This document shows, in pieces, positions 37,281-50,841 of a DNA stretch of 64,000 bases. Origin of the DNA: Gracilinanus agilis (taxonomy: Eukaryota); the NCBI RefSeq assembly GCF_016433145.1, contig NC_058134.1, positions 4,437,395 through 4,501,394 on the forward strand, in the 5' to 3' direction. Both the position numbers and the translations under genes were made by a program. Below the pieces are notes generated by a model. That model did no database searches. It saw nothing but the letters and a program-made list of their open reading frames with translations, and had not been told where the DNA came from. The stretch's first letter is position 1; every line of letters begins with the position of its first letter.

Positions 37281-38820
37281 TATTGTTATGAATCATCCCA
37301 CCTATGGTATTTCTGGATATCTAGATGACACACCATTGGAGCCTAACTAAGCCACATCCAAAGTTCTCTCCTATGATTTAAGGGCTGGAATTACCTTCCA
37401 AATATAGTTTAGAGCCCTAGAGGAGAGATTTCAAGTTCTAAGAGAACCTGGGAGACCATAAAAGCTATGGAGGGCTTCCTAAGGCAGTTCAGATCCTGGT
37501 AGAAGAAATAAAAGAGCTATACATCAAGGAGGAGGGGTAAAAACAGTTAATGTATCAATCAACCAATCATTCACTGCCTACTATGGGCCAGCCATTGTGC
37601 CAAATGTGGAACCATCAAAGACAAATCAAGAATAAGGGAATGAGCTCATTCCTAATCTTACAAGAGCCCTGCTATAAAAATTGCTCCCTCCAAGTAACAA
37701 TCACCAATTTCCAGGATCCATCAAGAAAATATCCCACCCCTACCCCAATCCCTGTTCAGACTAAGGTTTGTGTTGAGATCATTTTTAGATGCTGGATGCC
37801 TCAGCAGCATATTGAGGCAAATTATTGGGGAATTGGCATCTAAACTGGCATTGTTACATAGCTGTATCAGAAAGGAGGAGACAGAACAATTTATAGAATG
37901 AACCTGGAGAGAAAGCATAGTGCTAGGGGAGGTGGAGCCAAGATGAAAACTTAGTACAGCTTTGGTAAAGACGTGGCACACGTAGAGAGCTGGCACTTGA
38001 AGAGCTGCTCCATTTCTCCCCTTCCCAGTGCCTGATGACATTTTTTGCATGCATGCCTTCCCCTCTGTCCAGTCATTCAAAGCAAGCACATCCTCCCTCA
38101 GCTCTCTTGGGTAATGCTAGGGCTCACAGAGAGCTTGGGCATTCAAACTCAGAAAAGATTTGCCAATGCTGACATGGAAAGCCAGAACTACTCTGAGAAT
38201 CCTCTTAAGCCAATCATGAAATAGTGCCTCAAAACAACTGGAGTCACAGAGTCAACAAAGGGACTGAGTAAAGTGGCTCTCCTCTGGTGGGCATCTTGGT
38301 AAGTAGGCAGAGAGGGTATGTTTTTGTGGAAGAAGAGGAAAGTGGAAATAAAATTGTGTACAGAAGAGGGCAGGCTGCACACCCTACTATGTCATATTCC
38401 AAGTCTTGGCACAGGCCATTTCAAGACCCTGGAACCCTGCCTAGGTCAGCGGCAGAACACCCCATGCCAACTCCTTGAACTCTCAAGCCCAGGCATAAGC
38501 CTGCAGTGAGGCCCTGAAGTCCACAGCAGTTGGCCCATCCAAGCCTGTGGTAAAGGTCCTAGCTCCAGGGCAAAATAGCTCATAGCACTCTGGTTCCTGC
38601 AAGCTACCAGTGGTTCCTGGAGGAGACTAAATCAGCAGCTCTCAGATCACCCAGCCCACAGGCTATTGTGCCACCTTGGAAGAACTGAAATCTGCAGAGA
38701 CCCAGAACTAGAGTTGTGGGTAGCAGCATGGAATAACTAAAGTTTAAGAGAGTGCCTCCTCTCCCCTGAGAATGGAGCCAGCCTTCTAGATATAAGTAAA
38801 AATTTAAAAAAGGCAAGTAA

Positions 38821-39813
38821 ATGAACAAACAGCAAAAGAAATACCTAACCATAGAAAATGTCTTTGGTGACAAAGAAGAGCAAAGAACAGACTCAGTAGG
38901 TGACAATGAGATCAGAGCAGCCACAAGCAAAAAAAAAAATGGGAACTGGTCTCAGGTACTGGAAGAGCTCAAAAAAGGATTAAAAAATCAAATAAGAGAG
39001 GTGGAAAAAATTGGAAAAAATAAAGTAATGCAAAAGACAATAACTTAAAAAATAGAATTGCTCAAGTGTAAAAGAGACACAAAAATCCAATGAAGAAAAG
39101 AGTTACATGAAAAGCAGAACTGACTGAATGGAAAAGGAATATCAAGTGGTTATGGAAGAAAATCATTCTTTAAAAATTAGAATTGGGTAAATGAAGCTAA
39201 TGACCTCATAGAATATCAAAAAACAGTAAAACAAAATCAGAAGAATGAAAAGGAAGAAAATATGAAACATTTCATAAAAAAATCCACTAACCTGGAAAAC
39301 ATATCTAGGAGGGACAATTTAAGAATTATTGGGCTACTTGAAAGTCATGATTAAAAAAAACCTAGGCATCACATTAAAAGAAATTATCAAAGAAAACTGA
39401 TCTGATATATTTCAATAAGAGGGTAAAATAAAAATTGAAAGAATCCACAGATCACTTCCTAAATTAAATCCCCAAATATTAACTCTCAGCAATATTATAG
39501 CCAAATTTTCAAGAGCTCCCAAAACAAGGAAAACAAACAGGTAGAAAGAAACAATTTAAATATTATGGAGCTGTGTACAGTATTACACAGGATCTGGCAG
39601 CTTCTACACTGAAGGATCAGAAGACTTGAAATATTAATTCTGGAAGTCAAGGGAACTGAGTTTAAAACAAAGAATCACCTACACATCAAAGCTAACTGTT
39701 AGGGGGAAAAGGTCATTTAATTAAAAAAAAGAATATTTCCAAGCATTCTTGATGAAAAGATCAGTCCTAAACAGAAAATATGATGTCCAAATACTATATC
39801 AAAGAGAAGCATA
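38821..39813 (+). pseudogene. L1 ORF1 remnant (stops and frameshifts)
   Basis: MNKQQKKYLTIENVFGDKEEQ... start. The later motifs gacaatttaagaattattgggctac and aagaatcacctac match L1 ORF1. Confidence 0.8.
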
Positions 39814-40228
39814 AAAAGGTAAATAAGAAAGAGAAAATTTAAGTGACTTTACATAGAAAGATATTTAAAACTTTAAAATTTTTGTTATTATAATAGTGCT
39901 TAGAAGAAGTATACCTAGACAAAGAGTTTGGTAGTAAGCTGTTTAAGATGTTATACAAAGAAATCAAGGAGTAAGAAAGAGGATTGCACTGAGATAAATG
40001 GGAAGAGAGGTAAAATCTGGTAAATATATCACATAAAGAGGTACAGGAACAAAAGAAATATCAGTGGAGGAGAGGATGAGGGTGGTGATAGGCAATACTT
40101 AAACCTTACTCTTATTGGAATTGGCTCAGAGAAGAAATAACAGCCAGATTCATTGGGCTCATAGAATCTCATTTTACCCTATAGAGAAGTAGAAGGGGAA
40201 TAAGAAAGGTGATAATATAAGGGAGGGG

Positions 40229-40748
40229 TGTGGGAACAACCTGATGGGAGACAAAAAGCCTGAGACTCCATTGAAGCAAAGCTATGGAGATATGGAAGGT
40301 AAAGCCTGAACCCCTATTGAACCATAAGGCAGCTGAAGTTTATCATGTATCTCACTTTTTCATCCTGAGGCATGTGGCCTCAAGCTCTCCCTCCTCTCTG
40401 TACCCAATGTACCCACAAAATCACTGATGTATGCCTTTTTCCTTGGGAATCTAAGCTAGGTTGTTACATGTTGATCTATAGAAATCACTATGTAGACTTG
40501 ATGAGGTAAACTAGATTACATTGTACCACTTTATCAATTATTTACCTTCACTGTTTAAGTGGAAACTTGTGCAAAATCCCCAGCTTGCTTTCTCCCCATA
40601 TAAAAGTAGATATAACTTTCAATAAAGTACTTTTGGTTGCTATCAGCACCTCTAGCTCTCCTGACCCTGAATTGTGTCTGTCATTTTCCTTGCCACCTTT
40701 TGGGAACCCTAACTGATTCTGTTGAACTGGCACTTCCTAGACTTGACA
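40229..40748 (+). mobile_element. Solo LTR (520 bp) in the L1 inter-ORF spacer
   Basis: TGTGGGAAC...CTTGACA termini, flanks gagggg/gaaggg (6-bp TSD, one mismatch), ccatataaaag TATA followed by caataaag. Confidence 0.85.
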
Positions 40749-41419
40749 GAAGGGAAATGTGGGGGGAGTGATTAAAAGTAAAACACATATGTGCAGGAAC
40801 AGAGTGAAAGGTGAAAGTGTAGAATTAAAAGGGAAAAACAAAATGGATGGGAATACACACTTGGTAATCATACACAATTAGTAATCATAACTGTGAAAGT
40901 AAAAGGAATGAACTCACATAAAATGTAAGTGGATAGCAGAGTAGATTAAAAAACAGAATATTGTGATATGTTGCTTATAAGAAAAACATTTGAGGCAGGT
41001 AGACATAAACAGAGTAAAGTTAAGGGAAAGAGCACAATCTATTTGGCTTCAAGTGAAACAAAAAAAAAGCTGGAGTAGCAATCAAGATCTCAGACAAATC
41101 TAAAGCAAAAATAGATCTGATTAAATGAGATGAGGAAGGTAATTACATTTTGATAAAAGATAGCATAGACAATGAAGTAATATCAGTATTTAACATATAT
41201 CAACTAAATAGTAATGTCTAAAAAAATTTTAAAGGACAAACTAAGGGGCTTCAGAAGTAAATTGATAGTAAAACTATTCTAGTGAGGGATTTCAACCTTT
41301 CCCTATCAGAATTAGATTAATATAACAAAAATAAACAAGAATGAAGTAAAGGAAGTAAACGAAATTTTAGAAAAATTAGACGTAATAGATCTCTGAAGAA
41401 AATTGAATGGGAATAAAAG

Positions 41420-43988
41420 CTTGAGTAATTTCGATATTCAGAGGGGAGATGATTCTGCCTACACTCTCTTGCCATTTTGACCTGTTTAGTCTCTGCAACA
41501 AGTTTAATATGGGTTTTGTCCACACTATGCCCAGTGAGGGGATGGGGAACTCCAGAAGTGTGACCAAAGGAATCTAGATGGATGATGATACTTGGGAGGG
41601 GAAGGAACCTTAAAGAGTCTGAGGTGAATTTTTAAGCCTTTTCAGACTCCATTGTTAACTCTTTTACTTTTGTTCTCCTCCAAATAGTGAAGAAGTTTGT
41701 AATATAGCTATTGGAATTAAAGAAAAGGACTCTTGTATTCAATGCCTGTAACCTGTCACATATATTGTATTTGCTGATTGTTTTAAGATTTAACTTTGTT
41801 TTTTAAGTTCACATATTGATTTAATCTAATATCTTCTGTCACCAGATCCTTCGAGGACACATGTTGTCTAAATAGCTTTTTGTTCCTTTTTTTCTTTTGT
41901 TTATTGTCATATAGATGATGGATGGACTCCATCAATCTGGTTACAATCTGTATACAACTTTTGGAGAATTTAATGAGCTAAAAAATTCAATTGATTTTAA
42001 GGGGTCTTCTGAAGTGATTTTCAGATATTTAGGAGCATCACTACCTCTGACTGATCATTTGCCTGCCTTTGAGTTGTTTATAACCAGAGGTAAAGGTCCA
42101 TTTAGTAGTTGAAGTGAAGTGCAAAAGCACTATTGTATTCCCCACCTCCTCATTTTTAAAAATGTAATGGATGAGACATCTGAAGTGATTTTCACTATTG
42201 TAGTCCTCTCCTCCACATTGCAGTGGATGGGACATATAAAGATATGCTTTTTATGGCTATAACAGTCTCATGCTAGAGGAGGGAGGTTTCCCAAGGGTTT
42301 TGGTTACCCCACGATGGGTTATAATCTCATCTGGAAGGTGGAAAGGTTTTCCTAGATGGCGTGGTACCCCTGAATGGCCCCTAAGAGGGAACATTTCTCA
42401 TGAAGACTAGTAACTTCTGGATGGTTTTTTATATTTGTAACTCTTCAACTTACTCTAACCTTCCATCAGAATGATCTAGATTCTTCTTGACATTTGTAAG
42501 AAATAAAATTTAGACCTAAAAGGTTTTCATCAGTAGTACAGAGGTTTGTTTTTTTTCTGGGCTCTCCTGCCAGATTTTGGAATGATGGCAGTAATTGACT
42601 TTGTTAGAAATATCTTATTGTGTGTCAGCTAAGGGGGGTTAGGGGGAGAGGGAAAGAATGTGAAACATGTAACTAGGGGAAAATATTCAAAATAAAAATA
42701 AAAAAATTTAAAAAAGAAATATCTTCACCAAGGCTGAAAGATTTGCTAGATCAGTAGAACTTGTGACAAGTATCCATGAACTTCATAGTTTCTTTTTAAA
42801 TGTCACACAGGAAGTGGCTATAGACTTATGTGAATCACAATGATAGCAGGTTTGCTTGCTATTGTCATTAACTGGGCTATTATGATTTTGGTACTTCTTT
42901 GAATGTGCATTAGCTGCTCTACTACTGTTTTATAAAGCTGTTACTTAGCGAAAATCATTTGCACTCACATTGTAGATCATAGTCAAGTTAAAAAAGGAAA
43001 TAGATCTCATTTTGGAGTGAGAAACCTTTGTATTCTGCCTCTATTTGGCTGAAAATTTTTCACTGATTGTGAACTATATACTTTTGATTTTTTAAAAATT
43101 TTATTATTGTTTTTCCTTGTATGTACAATAGAGTATTTGAGTTTTCTTTTTTCTCTTATTTTTTCTACTTGAAGCAAATATTACCAGTATTAATGGGTTT
43201 TTAAATTTTTCACTAGGATACGTTTAAAATGTCCATTAGCCCTAATGTCAATGCATACCCCCAAAGCTTTAGACTATGGAAACCTGCCATTGATTGTTAA
43301 ATATTATAGGACTTTGATTAATGATTGTGTCTGATTCCAGGAGAAGGGATCACTAAAGAGCCACTGCAGAGTGCCAAGGAGCACAAAGCTAAACTGCACA
43401 GTGCCTAGGAACACAAGATCAAAAAAACGAACCAATCCTGGTGGGTTTGATGAGATTCTGTGGCAAGAGAGGGGACTTGAACTTATTTTGGGGTTCAAGG
43501 AAACAGCTGTTTACAAAGTCAGATGCAGGATTCCCTCATGCCAGATCCAGACTTCTACCAAGTACCTTAATTTGGCTGCCATTTTGGTTTCCCTATCCCT
43601 GAAAACAAAGGTAAAATCAGACCAGGGAATGCTATTTCCCATTTGCTGCTAAAATCTAGTCCCTTTTCTATCTTTCATAAGTGTGGCAATTTTCTGTAGT
43701 CCTGGCTGCTGATTGATAAGTACATAATTGCTACTACAGGCTACTGGGACATAAATCACTTTAATTGGGCCCTGATTCAAGGATCTGCTATAGGTTTATT
43801 TTTCCTTACATAAAATTTTTACACATAAGACTTTTGATATTTTATAGCTCATCCAGAAGTTACTTTTCTATTTTATTTGGATTTTTTGATGTTTTTAATT
43901 TCTTTTGACAATTGATTCATATACCTAATAACTTAGCAATGTATCCCTGGGTGATCATGTGTTTGTCAACACCCTCCTCAGGTGGGAT
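41420..43988 (+). mobile_element. Non-autonomous ERV-like internal region, copy 2 (5'-truncated)
   Basis: Homologous to 17512-19750 and extends ~750 bp further, to a purine-tract-like ctcaggtgggat just before TGTATTAT. Confidence 0.75.
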
Positions 43989-44732
43989 TGTATTATAATC
44001 CTATAATGCAAAGTTTAAATTCTTTTGATAGTAATTTTAGGATAAGAAACTTGTTACCTCCCTAAATCCAGAAAGTGAACTATTAGGAGAAGGCACCATG
44101 AAGATGCCTGCAGAAGCCACACACCACACCAAAAGATCCAGAGTGGCCTTTGGGATGTGGTGATTTAACTTTGTCAGGTTGAATGCATTTATTTTGAATA
44201 TACACTCTTGTATGTCAAAGTGGACTGCCCCCTAATTGGCTTTTTGTCAATGTACCTACCAGTCATTGGTTTTGTTCTATTTTCTCTTTTATTTCCCTTT
44301 TATCCACAAATTATTGTAATTTCCCCTTAGAAAGTACAAAATTGTATGTACCTCTAGTTAAAGATTTTTAAAGTTGGATAGGTGTACTGATTCCATGGGG
44401 AAACTAGGTATGTAAATCTGGGAGATTTCTACATACTTGTTTTCCCATTGGAATCACAGGGGGTGAATTGTGTAATTATAATTTTGTACCCCAGGACTCC
44501 ATTTCCCAGAATCCCACTTTTATCCTCATGTTATGCCCTTATGTTTTGGAGATAAAGTTTCTGCAACCCCGCCCCCTCTTGGCTCTTTTAACGCTACTGT
44601 GGTCAGGAAAACTTCTCTTCACTTAAGCTTTACCTTTGACATTTTATTTCCTATGCTTTAAGTAATTAGTAATAAATCTTAGAAAACATAATACTTGGAG
44701 TTATTAGATATTAATTTTAATCTTATATTTCA
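43989..44732 (+). mobile_element. 3' LTR of ERV-like copy 2
   Basis: TGTATTATAATCC ... TTATATTTCA termini, AATAAA at ~44670, related to the LTR at 15394-15781. L1 ORF2 resumes immediately after it. Confidence 0.7.
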
Positions 44733-45054
44733 ATGCTTATGTCAAAAAAATAGAGAAAAAGCAGATCAATGAACTGGACACATAACTAAAAAAAAACTAG
44801 AAAAAGAAAAAGAACAAATTAAAAATCTCCAATTAAAGTCTAAGTTGGAAATCCTAAAAATCAAAGGAGAAATTAATAAAATTGAAAGTAAGAACTATTA
44901 AACTAATAAATAGGACTAGGAGTTAGTTTTTATGTAAAAAAAACAAATAAAATAGAATATTGATTAATTTTATTAAAAGAGAAGAGAATAAAATTTCCAA
45001 TATCAAAAATGAAATGTGTGAATTCACCCTTGGTGAAGAAGAAATTAAAGCAGG

Positions 45055-45255
45055 GAGCATCTGGGTAGCTCAGTGGATTGAGATCCAGGCCTTAGAGAAA
45101 GGAAGTCCTAGATTCAAATGTGGCCTTAGATGTTTCCTAACTGTGTGACCCTGGGCAAGTCACTTAACTCCTATTACCTAGCACTTACTGTTCTTCTGCC
45201 TTGGAACCAATATACATTATTGATTCTAAGACAGGAGGTAAGGTTTTAATTAAAA
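45055..45255 (+). mobile_element. Older SINE1/MAR1-type SINE inside L1 ORF2
   Basis: gggagcatctgggtagctcagtggattgag...gcaagtcacttaactcc...aagacaggaggtaaggtttt. L1 sequence is continuous on both sides. Confidence 0.88.
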
Positions 45256-48200
45256 AATAATCATCAAGAGCTATTTTGCCCAATTATATGACAATAAATC
45301 TGACAATGTAGCTGAAATGGGTGAATATTTACAAAAATATAAATTACTCAGATTAACAAAAGAGGAAATAGGAGACTAAAAAAATCTTATCTGAGAAAAA
45401 GAAATTGAACAAGCCATCAATGAACCCTCTAAGAAAAAAATCCCCAGGGCTAGATGGATTCACAAGTGAATCATTTAAAGAACAATTAATCCCAATGTGA
45501 TATAATTTGGCAAAATAAGCAAAGAAGGAGTCCTACCAAATTATTTGTATGACACAAATATGGTGCTGATGCCTAAGCCAGGAAGATCAAAAACAGAGAA
45601 AGAAAATTATAGTCTAATTTCCTTAATGAATATTATGATGCAAAAATCTTAAATAAAACACTAGCAAAAAGACTACAGAAATACATCACAAAGATCATTC
45701 ACTGTGACCAGGTGGGATTTATACCTGGAATACAAGCCTGGTTTAATATTAGAAAACTATCAGCACAATTAACCATATCAATAACCAAACTAACATCAAT
45801 CACATGATTATCTCAATAGATGCAGAAAAAGCCTCAGAAAATACACCACCCGTGCCTATTAAAAACACAAGAAAGCATAGGGATAAAAGAGCCTTTCCTT
45901 AAAATAATAAGTAATATCTAACTCATATTATCAGCAGGTATCATTTGCAATAAGGGTGAATTAAAACCCTTCCCAATAAGATCAGGAGCAAAGCAAGAAT
46001 GCCCATTGTCACCACTATTATTCAAAATTGTACTAGAAATGTTAGCTTTAGCAATATGAGGAGAAAAAAAAGAATTAAAGTAGGCAATGAGGAAACTAAA
46101 TTATCACTCTTTGCAGATGATATGATGGTAAAATTAGAAACTCTAGAGACTCAAGTAAAAAACTAGTTGATATAACCTTGGCAAAGTTGCGGGATATAAA
46201 ATAAACACACATAAATTATCAGCATTTCTATAAATTTCCAAACAAAGTCCATGAGCAAAAATTATAAAGAGAAATTCCATTTAAAATCACTCTAGGCAAT
46301 ATAAAATACTTGACAATCCTCTTGCCAAGAGAAACACAGGAATTATATGAACACAATTACAAAACACTTTTCACACAAATAAATTTAGAACTAAACAATT
46401 GGGAAAACATTAATTGCCCATGGGTAGGCTGAGCTAATATAATAAAAATGATAGTCCTATTTAAATTAATTTTCGTATACAATGCCATGCCAATAAAACT
46501 ACAAAAAATCTCAATTTTATAGACCTAGAAAGATTGTGTATGTATCTGGAAGAGCAAAAGATCAAGAATATCAAGGGAATTAATGAAAAAAAAATGTGAA
46601 GGATGGTGACCTCCTAGTACCAGATCTTAAACTGTACTATAAAGCAGTAATCATCAAAAGATCTGGAATTGGCTAAGAAATAAAAGAGTAGATCAGTGGA
46701 ATAGATTAAGGATAAATGACCTAAGCAATCTAATGTCTGATAAACCCAAAGATCCCAGATTTTGGGACAAGAACTCATTATTTGATAAAAACTGCTGGGA
46801 AAATTGGAAAACAATATGGCAAAAATTAGGTATGGATCAATATCTCACACTTTATATCAAAATAAGGTCAACATGGGTATATGATTTAGACTTAAATCAT
46901 AGTATCAAAAGTAAATTAGGGGAACATAGGATAGTTTACCTGTTAGACCTATGGAGAAGAGTTTATGAATATTACAAGATGTAAATGAATAATTTTGACT
47001 GTATTACATTTAAAAGATTTTATAAAAACAAAACCAATGTAACCAAGATTAGAAGAGAAACAATAAACTAAAGGAAAAAAAACTTATAACAAATTTCTCT
47101 GATAAAGATCTCATTTCTCAAATGTTAAAGAACTAAGTCAAATTTATAAGAATACAAGTAATTTCCCAATTAACATATGGTCAATGGATATGTTTTGAGG
47201 TGAAGAAATCAAAGCTATCGATATATGAAAAATGTTCTAAATCACTCTTGATTAGAGGAACGAAAATTAAAGCAACTCTGAGGTACTACCTCACACCTAT
47301 CAGATTGGCCAATATGACAGTAAAGGAAATTGATAAATGTTGGAGGGGATCTAGCAAAATTGGGACATATCCTTTCTGAGTGTAATTGTGTACTGATCCA
47401 ACCATTCTGGAGGGCAATTTGGAACTATGTCCAAAAGGCTATAAAACAATGCATACATTTTGATCCAGTAATATCACTATTCAGTCTGTATCCCATAGGG
47501 ATAAAAAAGAGGAAAGGACTTATACAAAAATATTTATAGCTGCTCTTTTTGTGGCAGCAAAGAAATGGAAACTGAAGAGTTGTCCATCAAATGGGGAATG
47601 GCTGAACAAATTGAGGTATATGATGGTAATGGAATATTATTGTGCTATAAGGAATGTTGAACAGGATGATTTTAGAAAGAAATGGAAAGATTTACATGAA
47701 CTGATTCAAAATGAAATAAGCAGAACTAGGAAAATGTTGTATACAGTTAACAGTACACTTTAGCTATTCTCAGCAATACAATGATCCAGGACGATTCTAA
47801 GAGACTTATTACAAAGAATGCTATCCATCTCCAGAGAAAGAAATGTTGGAGTCAGAAAGCAGATGAAAGCACACAAATTTTCACTAGTTTATTTGGATTT
47901 TTGTTTTGGAGTTTTGGTTTTATATGAATATTCACTTACAAAAATGAACAATATGGAATATTTTTGCATGATAATACAAGTATAACCCAGATCAAATTGC
48001 TTGCCAGCTCCAGAAGTGTTGAGGGAAGGGAGGGAGAGAAACAATTTGGGTCACAATTTTGGAAAACTTATGTGGAAATTTGTTATTAGATTCCATTAGT
48101 AAGTAACTCAATTAATTAATTAAAAAAGAAACCATGGTACTAGGGATAGAGAAGCCGCCTTGGTGCCAAGAAGACCTGATTGACACATACTGTGTGATCC

Positions 48201-48607
48201 TAACGAATAAGTCCCTTGGAACTCCTGCTTTGCTAAAGGGCCTTTCTTCACAGGTAGTTCCTAGTACCAGTACAATCACAAGGCTGATTTTAAAATATGA
48301 AACAGGATCAAAATGAGCACATTTTACTCTCTTCCCATTTCCTTACCAAGCACCCACTGTCACCATCCTCTTCCCAACAATCACCTCTCAGAGCTAGGGA
48401 TTTCTTGTTTTGTATATCCTCTATCACTGGTGATAGTTCTGGTATTTGACACAATGGAGCTTTCAAATGAGATGATCCCTTCTGAACATCAAACCCTTGA
48501 CATTGAATGACACCGAAAACTGAATGCTCCTCACTCAGTCCTCCACAGCATGCCCAGGGACCATCATGATTTTCAGTGGCTATTCTAATTAGATAACTTG
48601 CTCTTAC

Positions 48608-48820
48608 CATCACTGTTGATGCACACCACCTCCTGTACTTGGGATCCAGGACCACACTGCTTTCCATTGTCTGGCTCGCAGTCTCCAAGCTTCACTGCCT
48701 TCCAGTCGTAGCAGGATGGCTCTTCACAGGGGATGGCTTCCAGTAGGTGAGGACAGTTACTACTCCCTCCAGAACCTCCAGTAGGCTCATTAGTAATCTT
48801 CCGCTTCCTCAGTTTAAAGC
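48608..48820 (-). CDS. THSD7A: THSD7A next internal coding exon (213 nt, phase 1-1), encoding (G)FKLRKRKITNEPTGGSGGSSNCPHLLEAIPCEEPSCYDWKAVKLGDCEPDNGKQCGPGSQVQEVVCINSD(G)
   Basis: Acceptor cctttcccaaatacttcag|GCTTTAAA (AG at 48822-48821) and donor AGTGATG|gtaaga (GT at 48607-48606). It splices in frame to the 156-nt exon (AAA G|GC TTT = K G F) and continues the recalled THSD7A sequence GFKLRKRRITNEPTGGSGVTGNCPHLLEAIPCEEPACYDW. Confidence 0.96.
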
Positions 48821-50841
48821 CTGAAGTATTTGGGAAAGGAAAGATTCTGTCAGTGTATGGTCTAGTCCAATGGACAGCTCCAGGTGTGGTCATCTATGGA
48901 AACAAGAAAGTGCAGATTCTGGTTCCTAGAGCCAAAGAGCTGATCAAATCCGAGGAAGGTCCAAGTAAAGGGCTAGATTGGACCGCTGACTTCCTTTGCA
49001 CAGGACCCCCCCCCCCCCATCCCATGAGATAACTCCCTTTACTGAAAAGGCTGGCAACTAAGAGGGCAATTAATAGTCTTAGAGTTGTCCAGAGCAATGA
49101 GAGGTGAGCGACTCCCCTGGGATCACACAGATATTATTTGAACACGGGTCTTTCTTCCTGGCCCTGAAACATGCTCTCTATGTACTAGGTAACATTTTCT
49201 CTCAGGTGGGGCGAATGTTATTCAGTCTTACAGATGGGGAAAATTGACTCGGAGAGATTTTGACCCCATCATTCTCCACTATAATAAATGTTAGAGGTAG
49301 GATTTGAATCCAGGGTTTCTTCACTCCAGCTCCAACTCTGTAGCTGTCATGCACTTCTGCCTCTCAAGCATGCATTTCAGTCTTAGAGACAACTCAGACA
49401 CTATGGTGAAATCTCTTCCCATACCCTTATGAAGTAACTGATGTTCCTACAGGACAAAACGTACAACTGAGACACACTGATCTTGGAGCCGGGGCAGACC
49501 TCATAGTCGTATCACATTGGACACCAGAATTATTTTCTGGGTAATTACAGGTTTTCTCAACATTGAGCACCGAAGATATTTTACATTTAACTATTTGAAA
49601 AGAAATCTTCCTAAAAAGTAACACAGTCCCCTGTGTCAGAGTACATTGAACATGCTTTAATCTTCTCTTCATGATTCGCACCAAACATATCATTGTGTCT
49701 AATACAGTGATGCCAGCAGTAACTATGGAAACATGCAGAGATTTTTGCTTTGTCTCTGATGGCACCAGACTACAGATCTCCCCCCCCCCATTTTCTTGAA
49801 TATCTTTAATATTTTGTCTGTCTCAGCCCTGGTTGTCTGACTGTCAATTCTCACCCCAAAAGGCTACACAATCCCTGTTCTCTCCTTGTAAATATTACTT
49901 TTAGTTTTCTGTAGGCTCAGGAACTGACTAACAAGGTAAGGAAAATTTACAGATTCTGAGAAGTGGAAAGGCTCTCCCTGGCCATCTGCTCCAAACCATC
50001 CATGGAAGGAATCCTCACGATAACATACCACAGACAGGTGGCTGGCCAACTTTTGCTTGGATATGTGTGAAACAAAAGTAGGTTCTGAGCAAATGTCTAA
50101 GACATTATGCTCTGAATAAAGTGGGCCAACTTCTCAGAAACCTATTTTTGGGGTGTGGGGGTGGGAGTGTAAGTTGTGCCCTGAATAGGAGAGGCTGATG
50201 GGAAACTGAATTTCAAATCAGTATTTATATTCATCTACATATTTTTTTCACCAAGGACTTTAACTCCTATTTGCATACTAAGCACCACTTTTGGTAGTAC
50301 TCGTGGATTCCCAAACTCCTGTCATATCTACTGGGACATCTTCCCACAAAAAGGGAGAAACATTTGGAAGTGATGAGTCTTCGGTTCCCTCTACGATAGT
50401 ATCAGGAGCTCCATCATCACACGCCCATCTTCTTTATCGTTAATTCAATTCTGCAGACACTGATTCAGCAGCTCTTGGGTCCAAGGCCCAGGACTGAAGG
50501 TGCCAAAGGGAAGAAAGGTGTTCCAGTTCTCATGAGAGTGTGCTCTCCTGGGGGATGGCTGGGGATGGCTCATTACACAGTAGGAGGGAGGCATATTAGG
50601 AAACATCATTGTCATCCTTCCTAGTTCAGTTGAAGGCCATCCTATAACATGAGCTTCCTCCATTCATGACAATCTCTTCTTCTTAATTCCCCATCCTGGG
50701 TGTTAATTAATTTGATTCAACAATCATTTATTCTGTGCTTATCACATATCAGGCACTGTGCCAGGGGACAGAAGACCTAAAGATTAAACGACCACATTCC
50801 AGTGCAGAAGCTTGATGAATGCTCGGGAGCTGCATACATAC
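48821..50841 (-). other. THSD7A: THSD7A intron between the two exons (2021 nt, GT-AG, phase 1)
   Basis: Bounded by the donor and acceptor above. Contains MIR (~49190-49360) and L3-like (~49945-50065) fragments. Confidence 0.93.

Larger units (their letters stand above)
40843..47760 (+). pseudogene. L1 ORF2 remnant, split by the ERV-like insertion (41420-44732) and a SINE
   Basis: Endonuclease N-part 40843-41419. The sequence resumes at 44733 (atgcttatgtcaaaaaaatagag, NAY..K.E) and continues through RT and the C-terminal region, with many disablements. Confidence 0.85.
37927..48126 (+). mobile_element. Formerly full-length marsupial L1 (5'UTR, ORF1, long inter-ORF spacer, ORF2, 3'UTR) with three nested insertions
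   Basis: 5' start gggaggtggagccaagatg. TSD agaaagcatagtgctag (37910-37926) / agaaaccatggtactag (48127-48143), 14/17 identical. ORF1 and ORF2 remnants are recognisable (tctctttgcagatgatatgat = RT FADDM motif, ~46090-46110). Confidence 0.9.

Noticed and set aside
46733-47763. 60-83-aa ORFs with protein-like composition
   Set aside because: Broken pieces of L1 ORF2, not independent genes.
48585-48893. The listed 102-aa ORF (MTTPGAV...) as a stand-alone gene
   Set aside because: Only 48820-48608 is exon. The N-terminal and last residues are intronic read-through outside clear splice sites.
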